The notes under the pieces were generated by a model, which was given only the letters and a program-made list of their open reading frames with translations, had not been told where the DNA came from and made no database searches. A stretch of DNA of 58,943 bases, from NCBI GenBank assembly GCA_964612275.1, contig CAZTES010000002.1, positions 1 through 58,943 of the forward strand. Reading direction: 5' to 3'. Each line of letters opens with the position of its first letter. Positions within the stretch are counted from its first letter, which is position 1. This DNA is from an uncultured Rikenellaceae bacterium (lineage in GTDB: Bacteria; Bacteroidota; Bacteroidia; Bacteroidales; VadinHA17). This document shows, one piece after another, positions 44,926 through 53,910 of the stretch. The position numbers were made by a program, and so were the translations under genes.

Positions 44926-46510
44926 TTTCTTTCCTCTCAAAATTTATTTTAATGGTACTCTTTTTCTTAATATGGACTGCAAAATCAACATAGTTACTTT
45001 TTTCAATCATGATCATTCTGAAGAAAATTGCAATTCCATTCGCCTCAACGCGGGATACGGAGGATGTCTCCGGTATCAGGACATGAAAATCAACTTCGGC
45101 AAAGGGGGTTTCTACCTCCATTGACAAATGATTTTCCTCCACAACATAGGAATAACGGATGCTACAGCCGGAAGTTGCATAACTGATTTTCACTTCTGCT
45201 TTGGAGATATCCGCAGCATACCATCGCGGTGAAAGTTCAATTTTTTGCAACACCTTATGGTGATCGGTGACTCCTGCCAATCCCTCAATGAGTGCATTGA
45301 GCATGGCGCTGGAGCCCCATCCATCAGTAGGTTCTGCATCCGGACTTGTACTGGTCTCCACGGAGGAGGGTGTCCCATCCGGAAAATACCAGAGGTAGGT
45401 TTCCCCCGATCGGGCAATCATCCGGTAGTATCTTTTCAGGATATCCGTTCCGTACTCTTCAAAACCATGGTCAAATGCTGCATGGGCAAGCTCTCCTCCT
45501 ACCATGGGCATGATTCCTCCATTGATGTAAGCCCCTTTCTTCATTTTATCATCACCGAAAATCCCATCGGGAAAGGGTGGATCAATGGAGTACCATTCCG
45601 AAAAGCCGGATTTTTTGGCATAACGTTTCCGGTATTCCTGGATAATGGACCGTGCCATTTCGTGGCTGGCAACTCCCCGGTTGATGTTGACCGGATTGCT
45701 CAGGCTGAGTTGAGCAGATTCATCCACACCCGGAATGGATACCGGAGTGATTTTCACAAAGTGGGTATAGTATGAGCCATTCCAGCATTTTTGGTTCATT
45801 GCTTCGCGTAATGCGGATGCCCTCTCCCTCCACAGGTCTGCTAATCCGCTTTTGGAAAGGTGATCATGGAAGAGGGCCATGATCAGAAAAGCTTCATAAT
45901 ACCCGCTGTTATCCCCGTGCATGAAGCCCCAGAAGGTATCATCATCGATTTGAAACTGCAGCCAATCGTATTTCCCGGCAGTATAGGCAAAATCCCATGT
46001 GTCAATCGTATAGGGTCTTTTCACCAGGCCTGCCTTTTTGTCCCAATAGGGTGAATGATGCAACGTATACGCCAATGCCTTTTCGAGAGATGGAATCATC
46101 TCCTGCAGGAATCCATCATCACCGGTTGCCTGCCAGGCAAGGTAAGTTGCTTTTACAAAACGGTATTCAACATCCGCTTCTACCGGTACCCTGACATACT
46201 TTGTCCAGTTTTCCTTCTCGCAGGGAAGTTTTTCGGGAAAAGTGGTAAAATAGTCAAAGATCCGTCCCTGTCGATTTTGATTTTCAGCAAAATGACGAAC
46301 AGTACTGGTCAGGTCACGTTCGAAATATTTTACACCGCGCAGAATATCAGAATAGTCTCTGATCCATATTGACCGGGTGTCCGGTGATCGGTATCCCCTG
46401 ATCTTTTGTCCATCGATATCAACTTCCAGCAGATCCTTTTCAAGGAAGGATTTGACCATCGGATAGAAGGTATCAAATTCAGGTTTTCCGGTTTTTATTT
46501 CGATTTCCAT
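44918..46510 (-). CDS. Six-hairpin (alpha/alpha)6 glycosidase-like protein (GH15/GH63/GH100/GDE-clan-like), cytoplasmic
   Basis: The track start 46522 is TTG; ATG 46510 gives MEIEIKTGKPEF. The motif SIWIRDYSD resembles the W/F-x-RD motif of clan GH-G enzymes. DGWGSSAMLNALIEGLAG lies near the C-terminal part. The fold assignment is tentative. Confidence 0.45.
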   Translation of the reverse strand: MEIEIKTGKPEFDTFYPMVKSFLEKDLLEVDIDGQKIRGYRSPDTRSIWIRDYSDILRGVKYFERDLTSTVRHFAENQNRQGRIFDYFTTFPEKLPCEKENWTKYVRVPVEADVEYRFVKATYLAWQATGDDGFLQEMIPSLEKALAYTLHHSPYWDKKAGLVKRPYTIDTWDFAYTAGKYDWLQFQIDDDTFWGFMHGDNSGYYEAFLIMALFHDHLSKSGLADLWRERASALREAMNQKCWNGSYYTHFVKITPVSIPGVDESAQLSLSNPVNINRGVASHEMARSIIQEYRKRYAKKSGFSEWYSIDPPFPDGIFGDDKMKKGAYINGGIMPMVGGELAHAAFDHGFEEYGTDILKRYYRMIARSGETYLWYFPDGTPSSVETSTSPDAEPTDGWGSSAMLNALIEGLAGVTDHHKVLQKIELSPRWYAADISKAEVKISYATSGCSIRYSYVVEENHLSMEVETPFAEVDFHVLIPETSSVSRVEANGIAIFFRMIMIEKSNYVDFAVHIKKKSTIKINFERKENE

Positions 46511-46537
46511 ATATGAATACAATAATAACCATTTTAT

Positions 46538-48643
46538 TCATCGTATGGTCACCATCAGCCATAGCAGGAAGATGACGAGTCCAACCAGCAACCAGCTTCC
46601 GCCAAATCCGATATAATCGAGCCGGCTTGGTTTCATCAGTTCCCACTGTGACCCGGGAAACAGTTTTCTCTTTTCAGCCTGGTCGGGATTGTTAAAGGAA
46701 GCTTCGATGGCTTTTTCTTCCTCCTCAGCAGTAGGCTGCACGGGTGTATGCATTTTTGCAAAAAACCGGTTCAGCGATTGGTTATCCACCGGTTTGGTGA
46801 CCAGGGTAAGCAGGACCAGCAGGACAATTGGAAAAAGAGCATCAAAGAAAAACCGTGTTGCCACCAGCTGAGATTTTTTAAAGTGTGAAAAGTCGATCCC
46901 GAACCAGCTCATCACCCACACCTCTGCCTCAAATCTTCCGATCCCTACTTTTTCAGAATCCGGATCGGACGGATCAATGCGGGCAACCCGTTCAAACAGG
47001 ATCCCGACTGGCAGTATATCATGTTGTTTTTCAATCATTTGCCCGACATAGTCTGCAAGTCCCGCCTGAACATCCTCCGTTAATGCTTCGGTAGTGATGG
47101 TAATTTCTTTTGGTGCTGTTTCAATCAAAAATTTCTCGTTGTATTTCACAGAATCCAGGCCCTGGAACAGGTTGGGTACGACTGCATAAATGATGGTGCA
47201 GATGATCACCTGAATGATCACTGCCCATTTTGTTAAACGGCGCCAGATGAATCCCAGCCAGATTGATGCTCCGAATATAGCAGGTATGGAGATGATGTAT
47301 TTGTACAACTCCAACAGGTTATTGACAAAAAGGGCAACGGCAATCCCACCAACCAGGGTAAATGCGATTACAATTCTTCCGATAAAGAGATAGTGTTTTT
47401 CTGACTTCTCGGGCAGAAACGGTTTATACAGATTTTTGATAAACAGGGCCGAATAGGATACGGAACTGGCATCGAGTGTTGACATGTTTGCTGCCAGGAT
47501 CCCGATCAGCATCAGCCCGATGGCTCCCGGAAAAAGAAGTTCTTTGGTCATGAATCCCCAGATCAGGTCCGGATCGTGTAATTGACCTGCAAACAATCCG
47601 ATCGCCAGCAAGCCCGCCAGTGCCCAGAAAAGCATGATAACCCGTTTGGCAAACATGCCCCCGATCATACCGATGCGGGCTGTCATTTCGTTTGTCGCCG
47701 ATCCGGCTGTCTGCATACCTGAAGCAACGGCAATGATGGATACCAGGTTAGCAAGAACCATGGCAAGGATGGTATACCAGGCATATTCACTCAATGTGGT
47801 GGATCCGAACAATTCGAACATGAAATCCGGCACACTGGCATGCAGACCGGAGAAGCCACCGATCCTGGATAGTCCGACCGGTATCAGGATTGCCGAGAAG
47901 ATGATGATGAGTATCCCCTGTATTCCATCGGTAATGGCTGCAGCACGAAAGCCTCCAAGCATGGTATACAAACCAACGATAAGGGCATAGATAAAATAGA
48001 ACCAGAGTGGATCGGTATAAGAGATAAACGAGTGGAGCTCGCCAAGCTTGTTTTTCTCATTCAACACATTATACCGTATCTGTTGTTCAGGAGTTAAACC
48101 CTGGTCTGTTTTTGATTGCAATTCCTGATACTCCTGAAACAGGGCAATACTTGCCTGCTCTTCTTCATTACATAACTCTATCGGTTTGGGTGTCATTGCC
48201 ATCATGGTCTTTGCTGCCACCATATAACCCACCCCTCCTCCCAGAACCGAGAGCAACAGGAAAAAAACGGCATAGGCTCCTCCCAGGAATTTGCTTCGGA
48301 ACCGTTCTGCAAAAAAATCTCCGATGGTTGTCAGCCGGACACGCCTGAAAAAGAATGTGCTAAACCAGTAAAAGGGAGTGAGAAACAGGACCAGGAACTG
48401 GATCCACATGCCCCCGATGCCCTGCCTGTAGACCTCCCTTGAGACGGCCACAGCCTGGTCAGCGTTGGTGGAACACCCGAAATTCAGGAAAAACTGGTAA
48501 AACTTCCCGAGCTTCCTGCCAGCCAGGAAAAAATCCTCGGTGTCTCTGTTCTGTTTTGCAGCCCGTCTCCCCAACCACAGAATGACAACAATAAACAAAA
48601 GGATCAGAAGAAAGTCAAGCAAGTGCAATCCCCAGATGGTCAT
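46538..48643 (-). CDS. Sodium:solute symporter family protein (long form with large soluble insertions)
   Basis: 701 aa. N-terminus EDFFLAGRKLGKFYQFF and many TM segments, with two hydrophilic insertions (about residues 150-200 and 500-560). Confidence 0.8.
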   Translation of the reverse strand: MTIWGLHLLDFLLILLFIVVILWLGRRAAKQNRDTEDFFLAGRKLGKFYQFFLNFGCSTNADQAVAVSREVYRQGIGGMWIQFLVLFLTPFYWFSTFFFRRVRLTTIGDFFAERFRSKFLGGAYAVFFLLLSVLGGGVGYMVAAKTMMAMTPKPIELCNEEEQASIALFQEYQELQSKTDQGLTPEQQIRYNVLNEKNKLGELHSFISYTDPLWFYFIYALIVGLYTMLGGFRAAAITDGIQGILIIIFSAILIPVGLSRIGGFSGLHASVPDFMFELFGSTTLSEYAWYTILAMVLANLVSIIAVASGMQTAGSATNEMTARIGMIGGMFAKRVIMLFWALAGLLAIGLFAGQLHDPDLIWGFMTKELLFPGAIGLMLIGILAANMSTLDASSVSYSALFIKNLYKPFLPEKSEKHYLFIGRIVIAFTLVGGIAVALFVNNLLELYKYIISIPAIFGASIWLGFIWRRLTKWAVIIQVIICTIIYAVVPNLFQGLDSVKYNEKFLIETAPKEITITTEALTEDVQAGLADYVGQMIEKQHDILPVGILFERVARIDPSDPDSEKVGIGRFEAEVWVMSWFGIDFSHFKKSQLVATRFFFDALFPIVLLVLLTLVTKPVDNQSLNRFFAKMHTPVQPTAEEEEKAIEASFNNPDQAEKRKLFPGSQWELMKPSRLDYIGFGGSWLLVGLVIFLLWLMVTIR

Positions 48644-48660
48644 GATGTATCGTATTGATT

Positions 48661-49830
48661 TTAAATCAAAAAATTAATGGCTTCCATACAGAGCGCTGTC
48701 TGATGATAATCGAGCTTCCATGCTGACCCTTTGTTCGTGTCCCGCGGCACACCCCAGGGATCTAAACTGGTGAACCAACCACCGTGCAACGGATCCAGAA
48801 AATGATCCTGAACAAAATGAAAAATGGTATCAAAACATTCCTTCAGATCTTCCCTGCCGAAGGTAAGGATGAAATGCAGCAAGGTCCGTAACCCTTCCGA
48901 TTGTTCCCACCAGGATATCTCATCCCGGATCACCTTCCCCGTTTCATCAATCCAGGTCTTAATATAACCTTTTCCCCTTTGATAACCGAATGAGAGACCG
49001 GTTTCCAATAATTTTCCGGCCAGGGTAAGGTGGGTATCGGGCATCCCCTTTTCCACTCCTTTTGACAGCAGGAAAGCCCATTCAAAAAGGTGTCCCACTG
49101 AAATGTAGCCTCCGTTACCGGAGTGTATTGGTTCCCACGACCTGGTAAATAATTCCGGAAGGATCATCCGATCACCCGTGGGAACATGTTTAAAGAGAAA
49201 ATCAACCAGGTCTGATAATTTATTCCGTATTTTCTGCTGGTCTTTCTGATCAACGAATGGCAGCAATGCCAGCAATGCTTCAAAGGCATGCATGATTGGA
49301 TTCTGTGAGCGGTTCTCATCCAGGTCCTTCCAATCCCTGCTCATTTTCCAGATGATCCCACCCTGTTTATCAACAAAACATGTGGCGAGCAGGTCAACAA
49401 TCTCCAGGGCTTTCTTTAGAAAGATCTCTTCCTTAATTGCTCCGAAAGCATTCACCAGCCCAAGAATGGCAAATGCATGACCGTAGGCATCTTTCGTAAA
49501 ATCCGTTATCGAACCGTTTTCGTCGCAAGCCCAGACAAAACCGTCTTCTGCCTGGTCAAAGAAACGTTCGAGCAGAAAAGCTCCACCTGACCGGATGATT
49601 TTTCTCATCTCAGGATCCCGTGTCACCCGGTACCCATTGGAAAAAACATAAAGCAACCGGGACTGACTGACCAGTGTGCCCACGGGTTCACCGGACCGGC
49701 TCCAGTCCCGGCTCAGGTTCGGATAGAAAAACCCATTCGGATCAACAGCTGATTTCAACCAGTATGGCAGGATCTGCTGCGTGAAGTGATCACGGAACCA
49801 AGAAAGGGGGAGGGTTGTGGAGCTTGACAT
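48661..49830 (-). CDS. AGE-family (N-acylglucosamine 2-epimerase / aldose-ketose isomerase, YihS-like) (alpha/alpha)6 enzyme
   Basis: 389 aa. N-terminus WFRDHFTQQILPYWL and repeated helical-hairpin motifs (DAYGHAFAILG, GHLFEWAFLL) typical of AGE superfamily enzymes. Confidence 0.75.
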   Translation of the reverse strand: MSSSTTLPLSWFRDHFTQQILPYWLKSAVDPNGFFYPNLSRDWSRSGEPVGTLVSQSRLLYVFSNGYRVTRDPEMRKIIRSGGAFLLERFFDQAEDGFVWACDENGSITDFTKDAYGHAFAILGLVNAFGAIKEEIFLKKALEIVDLLATCFVDKQGGIIWKMSRDWKDLDENRSQNPIMHAFEALLALLPFVDQKDQQKIRNKLSDLVDFLFKHVPTGDRMILPELFTRSWEPIHSGNGGYISVGHLFEWAFLLSKGVEKGMPDTHLTLAGKLLETGLSFGYQRGKGYIKTWIDETGKVIRDEISWWEQSEGLRTLLHFILTFGREDLKECFDTIFHFVQDHFLDPLHGGWFTSLDPWGVPRDTNKGSAWKLDYHQTALCMEAINFLI

Positions 49831-49837
49831 AAAAGCT

Positions 49838-49894
49838 AAGGATGATTGTATAAGGATAAAGGATGATGGATGAAGGATGAAGAGTTAAAGATGA
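49838..49894. repeat. Purine-rich word-repeat arm (aaggatga words), left flank of the four-helix-bundle gene
   Basis: aaggatgattgtataaggataaaggatgatggatgaaggatgaagagttaaagatga. It contains ggatgaaggatg, the exact complement of catccttcatcc at 50393-50404. Confidence 0.8.
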
Positions 49895-49901
49895 AAAAAA
49901 C

Positions 49902-50252
49902 TTATTTATTACCCTGCGCTGTTTTTCTTGCCTGAACAAATATAGAAGTCAGCTCATGAGCTTCTTTTCTAAGTCTTTTAACCTCAGCCCCTTCAGTAAG
50001 TCCTGTTCCTTCTGAAAATTCGAGCCAGAATTCCGACTCATCCGCCTCTTCAATTACGATGCTAAGTTTTGATATAAACAATGCTTTCGTCTGACTCAGC
50101 TGTGATGCCCTGTAATTCGCTGCAACAGAGGACGAGGATTTAAATAACTGTGAAGCACAATGTTTTCCCATAAATGTCTTAGGAAATTTTTCAACCAATC
50201 TAAAGCAATCAAGTGCAAATCGTTTTGTACGATCCTTTAAATCTTTCATCAT
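49902..50252 (-). CDS. Four-helix-bundle protein (23S rRNA intervening-sequence protein / Avd-like family)
   Basis: 116 aa. RFALDCFRLVEKFPK...SSSSVAANYRA...LSIVIEEADESEFWLE is the hallmark pattern of this family. Confidence 0.8.
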   Translation of the reverse strand: MMKDLKDRTKRFALDCFRLVEKFPKTFMGKHCASQLFKSSSSVAANYRASQLSQTKALFISKLSIVIEEADESEFWLEFSEGTGLTEGAEVKRLRKEAHELTSIFVQARKTAQGNK

Positions 50253-50354
50253 TTGTTAATATAAGTGACTGTCAAAGAGTTTATTATACAAATTGTGTTT
50301 AATTACCTAATGCAAGGTTTTATGTTTAGCAATTCATTTATCATTATAAATCCA

Positions 50355-50409
50355 CCTCATCCTTCATCTTTCCTGCCTGCCGGCAGGCATGGCATCCTTC
50401 ATCCTTCCC
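50355..50409. repeat. Pyrimidine-rich complementary arm with central 16-bp perfect palindrome, right flank of the four-helix-bundle gene
   Basis: cctcatccttcatctttcc (50355-50373), palindrome tgcctgccggcaggca (50374-50389), catccttcatccttccc (50393-50409). Confidence 0.8.
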
Positions 50410-50606
50410 ACAGCTTCGCCCCCTGAGTCCCATGTACTGGAACGATAAGATATTGAAATTCTGCACCTTGAAATTTGATTTGCGAAAGTTTCAATAAATC
50501 TACTAAATTTATTGCTTGGCTGAAATGTGTTATTCAATATACGGGGTGGTGGTTATTCACAGATTCTTTCGCTGGTTTCAGGTCATTCATCATTAATTCC
50601 GAAGTC

Positions 50607-51239
50607 ATGGTAAGTCCATTAAAAAAAATCAAACAGATAAAAATTGTCCCGATCATCACGCTTCACCAGGCGGAGAATGTCATTCCGGTGATTCAGGCAC
50701 TGATCACGGGGGGATTACCAGTTGCCGAGATCACGTTCCGCACAGATGTTGCGGGTGAAGCGATTAAAATTGCCTCCCGTGACTTTCCCGATCTGTTATT
50801 GGGAGCGGGAACAATTCTTACACCGGACCAGGCTGACGAGGCTTACGCAAACGGCGCACAATTTATGGTCACTCCCGGTTTCAATCCACGCGTTGTGGAC
50901 CATTGTCTGAAGCGGGACATACCCATTATTCCGGGACTGAATACACCGACTCAGATTGAGCAGGCGCTGGAGAGGGGAATCGACCATGTTAAATTCTTTC
51001 CGGCAGAAGCTTCAGGCGGTCCGCTGTTTATCAGCGCCATTGCCGCACCGTATGGAGCTGTTCGGTTCATGGCAACCGGTGGGATAAACAACACAAACCT
51101 GAGACACTATCTTTCCAATCCGTTTGTTTTTGCCTGTGGGGGAAGCTGGATGGTAAAGAAGGAACTTATTGAACAGCGCAGGTATGAGGAAATTACCAGA
51201 CTCATCCGTACAACAGTAAACAGCATTCAAAGGCTTTGA
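50607..51239 (+). CDS. eda: 2-dehydro-3-deoxyphosphogluconate (KDPG) / KHG aldolase
   Basis: ATG 50607 gives MVSPLKKIKQIKIVPIITL.... Contains VAEITFRT, GAGTILT, MVTPG and KFFPAE, typical of Eda (Schiff-base Lys in VKFFPA). The track extension from 50475 is probably non-coding. Confidence 0.8.
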   Translation: MVSPLKKIKQIKIVPIITLHQAENVIPVIQALITGGLPVAEITFRTDVAGEAIKIASRDFPDLLLGAGTILTPDQADEAYANGAQFMVTPGFNPRVVDHCLKRDIPIIPGLNTPTQIEQALERGIDHVKFFPAEASGGPLFISAIAAPYGAVRFMATGGINNTNLRHYLSNPFVFACGGSWMVKKELIEQRRYEEITRLIRTTVNSIQRL

Positions 51240-51272
51240 AAAGTCCTATACTTACTCCCAATACGGTGACTT

Positions 51273-51749
51273 ATGAACACTTGCAGTCGATCCCTGTTGT
51301 TTTTATTCATCTTATCCTTATCCCCAAATCTATTTGCTGATGTTCTTGATCCGTTTGAACCAAAAAAAACTTCAGTAGCACAGAGAGATAAAATTGTTGC
51401 TGATGATTGGGTATGCATCAATCTTGACTCATTCAACGACCAGCAGGGGTTATACGCGTTTTATATAAATCCATCCGGTATACAAATGGACAGTCGTTTT
51501 GCCGGTGGTCAGGAAGATCATGATGCCGATTTTGTATGGTATAGCAAGGGTGTTATTCATGATAAAGGCTACACCATCGAGGTGCGGATTCCCTTTAAAA
51601 GTATTCGTTATTCCAACAAAGACAGGGTAGAAATGGGAGTCATCTTTGAGAAAGTGAAATGGGATGGTGAGTTTTATCTCCCGGGCAACTCGTTTCTTGA
51701 AACCAAAAGGGGGATTTTTTTTAAGGCCTCTTACTTATGGAGATCTTGA
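51273..51749 (+). pseudogene. Truncated remnant of a CBM9-like/DUF5916-type outer-membrane-associated protein
   Basis: 158 aa. After a signal peptide the sequence jumps straight into DDWVCINLDSFNDQQGLYAFYINPSGIQMDSRF...DFVWYSKGV...GYTIEVRIPFKSIRY. That resembles an internal part of about 800-aa DUF5916 proteins. The frame then ends after about 40 unrelated residues. Confidence 0.4.
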
Positions 51750-51806
51750 TTTTATTTATATAAATTTGGATAGAAATAAAGTTTATTGTTTTCACAGTAA
51801 AAAAGC

Positions 51807-52595
51807 ATGACGTTTTCAGGAACATATTTGATAGCCCTGGCAGGGATTATCTCGATGATGAGCCTCTTATGGTTGGTCAGCATCAAGCTCCGTAATGTCA
51901 GTATTGTTGATCTCTTCTGGGGACTTGGTTTTGTGGGGGCTGGCATCTATTATTTCCTGGTTACCGATGATGGATTCGGCCCCAGGAAGATCATCACGCT
52001 CATTCTTGTTTGCATCTGGGGGGTCCGCCTTTCTGTCTACCTGACCTGGAGAAATTATGGAAAAGGAGAGGACATCCGGTACCAGAACTTCCGGAAGAAT
52101 TACGGTGAGCACCGTTACTGGTGGATCAGCTTTTTCCAGACATTTTTGTTACAGGGTATGCTCATGTGGATGATATCAGCGCCGCTGCTGGGTGCCAGTT
52201 TTTCATCCGAACATACCAGTTTTAACTTTCTTGATTTTGCAGGATTGTTTCTTTGTGTATTCGGCATTGTTTTCGAAACAACCGGAGACGTGCAACTGAC
52301 CATGTTTAAACAGAATCCGGAAAACAAGGGAAAAGTAATGAGGACCGGTCTTTGGAAGTATACCCGGCATCCGAATTATTTTGGTGACACACTGGTATGG
52401 TGGGGGTTTGGATTAATCTCCGCTGCGGCTGGTGTTTACTGGCCTCTGATAAGCTCGGCACTCATGACCTTCCTTCTTCTCAGGGTTAGCGGAGTTGCCC
52501 TGCTTGATAAAACCATGGTAAAACGTAAGCCGGCATACCAGGATTATATCGATACCACATCCGGGTTTTTCCCCTGGTTCCCTAAAACCAAATAA
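51807..52595 (+). CDS. DUF1295 membrane protein (steroid 5-alpha-reductase / ICMT-like fold)
   Basis: 262 aa, multi-TM. Motif GLWKYTRHPNYFGDTLVWWGF. Confidence 0.8.
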   Translation: MTFSGTYLIALAGIISMMSLLWLVSIKLRNVSIVDLFWGLGFVGAGIYYFLVTDDGFGPRKIITLILVCIWGVRLSVYLTWRNYGKGEDIRYQNFRKNYGEHRYWWISFFQTFLLQGMLMWMISAPLLGASFSSEHTSFNFLDFAGLFLCVFGIVFETTGDVQLTMFKQNPENKGKVMRTGLWKYTRHPNYFGDTLVWWGFGLISAAAGVYWPLISSALMTFLLLRVSGVALLDKTMVKRKPAYQDYIDTTSGFFPWFPKTK

Positions 52596-52630
52596 AAAAA
52601 TAGATAACTTTAAGGCATAAATCGTCTAAG

Positions 52631-53902
52631 ATGCCTTCTGACAGACCCCATTTTTCACTTCATCTCTTCATCGTCCTCTTGTGTTCTCTTTCTTTAATGT
52701 TTTGTTCTAAAAACAAGCCTGTTGCCCGGATAACGGTTGAAGCGGGTGATTGTGCACGGGTGAACACTCCTGTATCCATTCCTCTGGTAAACCTTTCACT
52801 TGACGAAACAGACGAACTGATTCTGAAATGGATTGATGGCACAAACGAAAAAGAAGTACCCTGTCAGCTTGAACCGGGCATTCCCCCGCAACTATGGTGG
52901 ATCATCTCTGATACCTTAAAACCAGGTGAAGATAGATTATACCGGCTTTATCCTGATGAAAGCGGGGATGAGCCCATTCTCAAAACCATACTGGAAGAGG
53001 AATACTTATCCATATATGCCGGATCAATGCCTGTTCTTCAGTACAACCATGCTCCCGTATCGCCTCCGGATGGGGTTGATTCGAGCTATACACGAAGTGG
53101 TTTCATCCATCCGCTCTGGTCTCCTTCAGGGGATACACTCACCCGGATACAACCACCCGATCATTACCACCACTACGGGATATGGAATCCCTGGACCCGG
53201 GTGAATGTTGAAGGCAGGGAGGTGGATTTCTGGAACCTGGGGGATAAAAAAGGCACTGTCCGGTTCAACTCCTATGTTTCGACTACCTCCGGTTCCGTTT
53301 TTGGAGGATTTCGTGTGCTGCACGATCATGTTGATCTGACCGCCCCGGGGGGTGAAAAAGTTGCCCTGAGGGAAGAATGGGATGTGCGCACATGGAAGCC
53401 CTTCCAACACCCATCGGGGGAATGCTGGTTGTGGGACCTTACCTCGATCCTGAGTGGCGCAACGACCGAACCGGTGACCCTGGAACAATACCGGTATGGA
53501 GGAGGGATTGGCTTCCGTGCTACAGAGTCATGGCAAAACAGCAACAGCTGGATCGTAACTTCGGAAGGGAAAACCCGTGAAAACGGGGATGCGACCAGGG
53601 CAAGATGGTGCATGGTTTACGGAGAAACAGGAAATGGTATGTCAGGAATACTGTTTATGAGCCATCCGCAAAACAGGGAACACCCCGAACCCATGAGGAT
53701 ATGGCCGGTGGAAAATGACGATGTTTTTTTCGAGTTCTGCCCTGTCCGTCACAACGAATGGAGGGTCCTGCCCGGAGAAAAAAAGATATTAACGTACAGG
53801 ATGCTGGTTTATACCGGAACAATTACGACGGAGGTTGCCGAACGGCTGTGGCAGGATTTCGCATACCCTCCCAAAACAACTATTGAATCACAAGATAAAT
53901 AA
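52631..53902 (+). CDS. DUF6807 ('PmoA-family') lipoprotein
   Basis: 423 aa, lipobox ...SLMFC. Motif YTRSGFIHPLWSPSGDTLT...PDHYHHYGIWNPW is characteristic of proteins annotated PmoA family/DUF6807. 8 nt upstream of a TAT-signal GFO oxidoreductase. Confidence 0.65.
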   Translation: MPSDRPHFSLHLFIVLLCSLSLMFCSKNKPVARITVEAGDCARVNTPVSIPLVNLSLDETDELILKWIDGTNEKEVPCQLEPGIPPQLWWIISDTLKPGEDRLYRLYPDESGDEPILKTILEEEYLSIYAGSMPVLQYNHAPVSPPDGVDSSYTRSGFIHPLWSPSGDTLTRIQPPDHYHHYGIWNPWTRVNVEGREVDFWNLGDKKGTVRFNSYVSTTSGSVFGGFRVLHDHVDLTAPGGEKVALREEWDVRTWKPFQHPSGECWLWDLTSILSGATTEPVTLEQYRYGGGIGFRATESWQNSNSWIVTSEGKTRENGDATRARWCMVYGETGNGMSGILFMSHPQNREHPEPMRIWPVENDDVFFEFCPVRHNEWRVLPGEKKILTYRMLVYTGTITTEVAERLWQDFAYPPKTTIESQDK

Positions 53903-53910
53903 ACAATAAA

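Noticed and set aside
50475-50606. N-terminal 44-codon extension of the eda ORF in the supplied track
   Set aside because: The extension (MICESFNKSTKFIAWLKCVIQYTGWW...) is not Eda-like. The ATG at 50607 gives a standard-length aldolase starting just before the first beta-strand motif.
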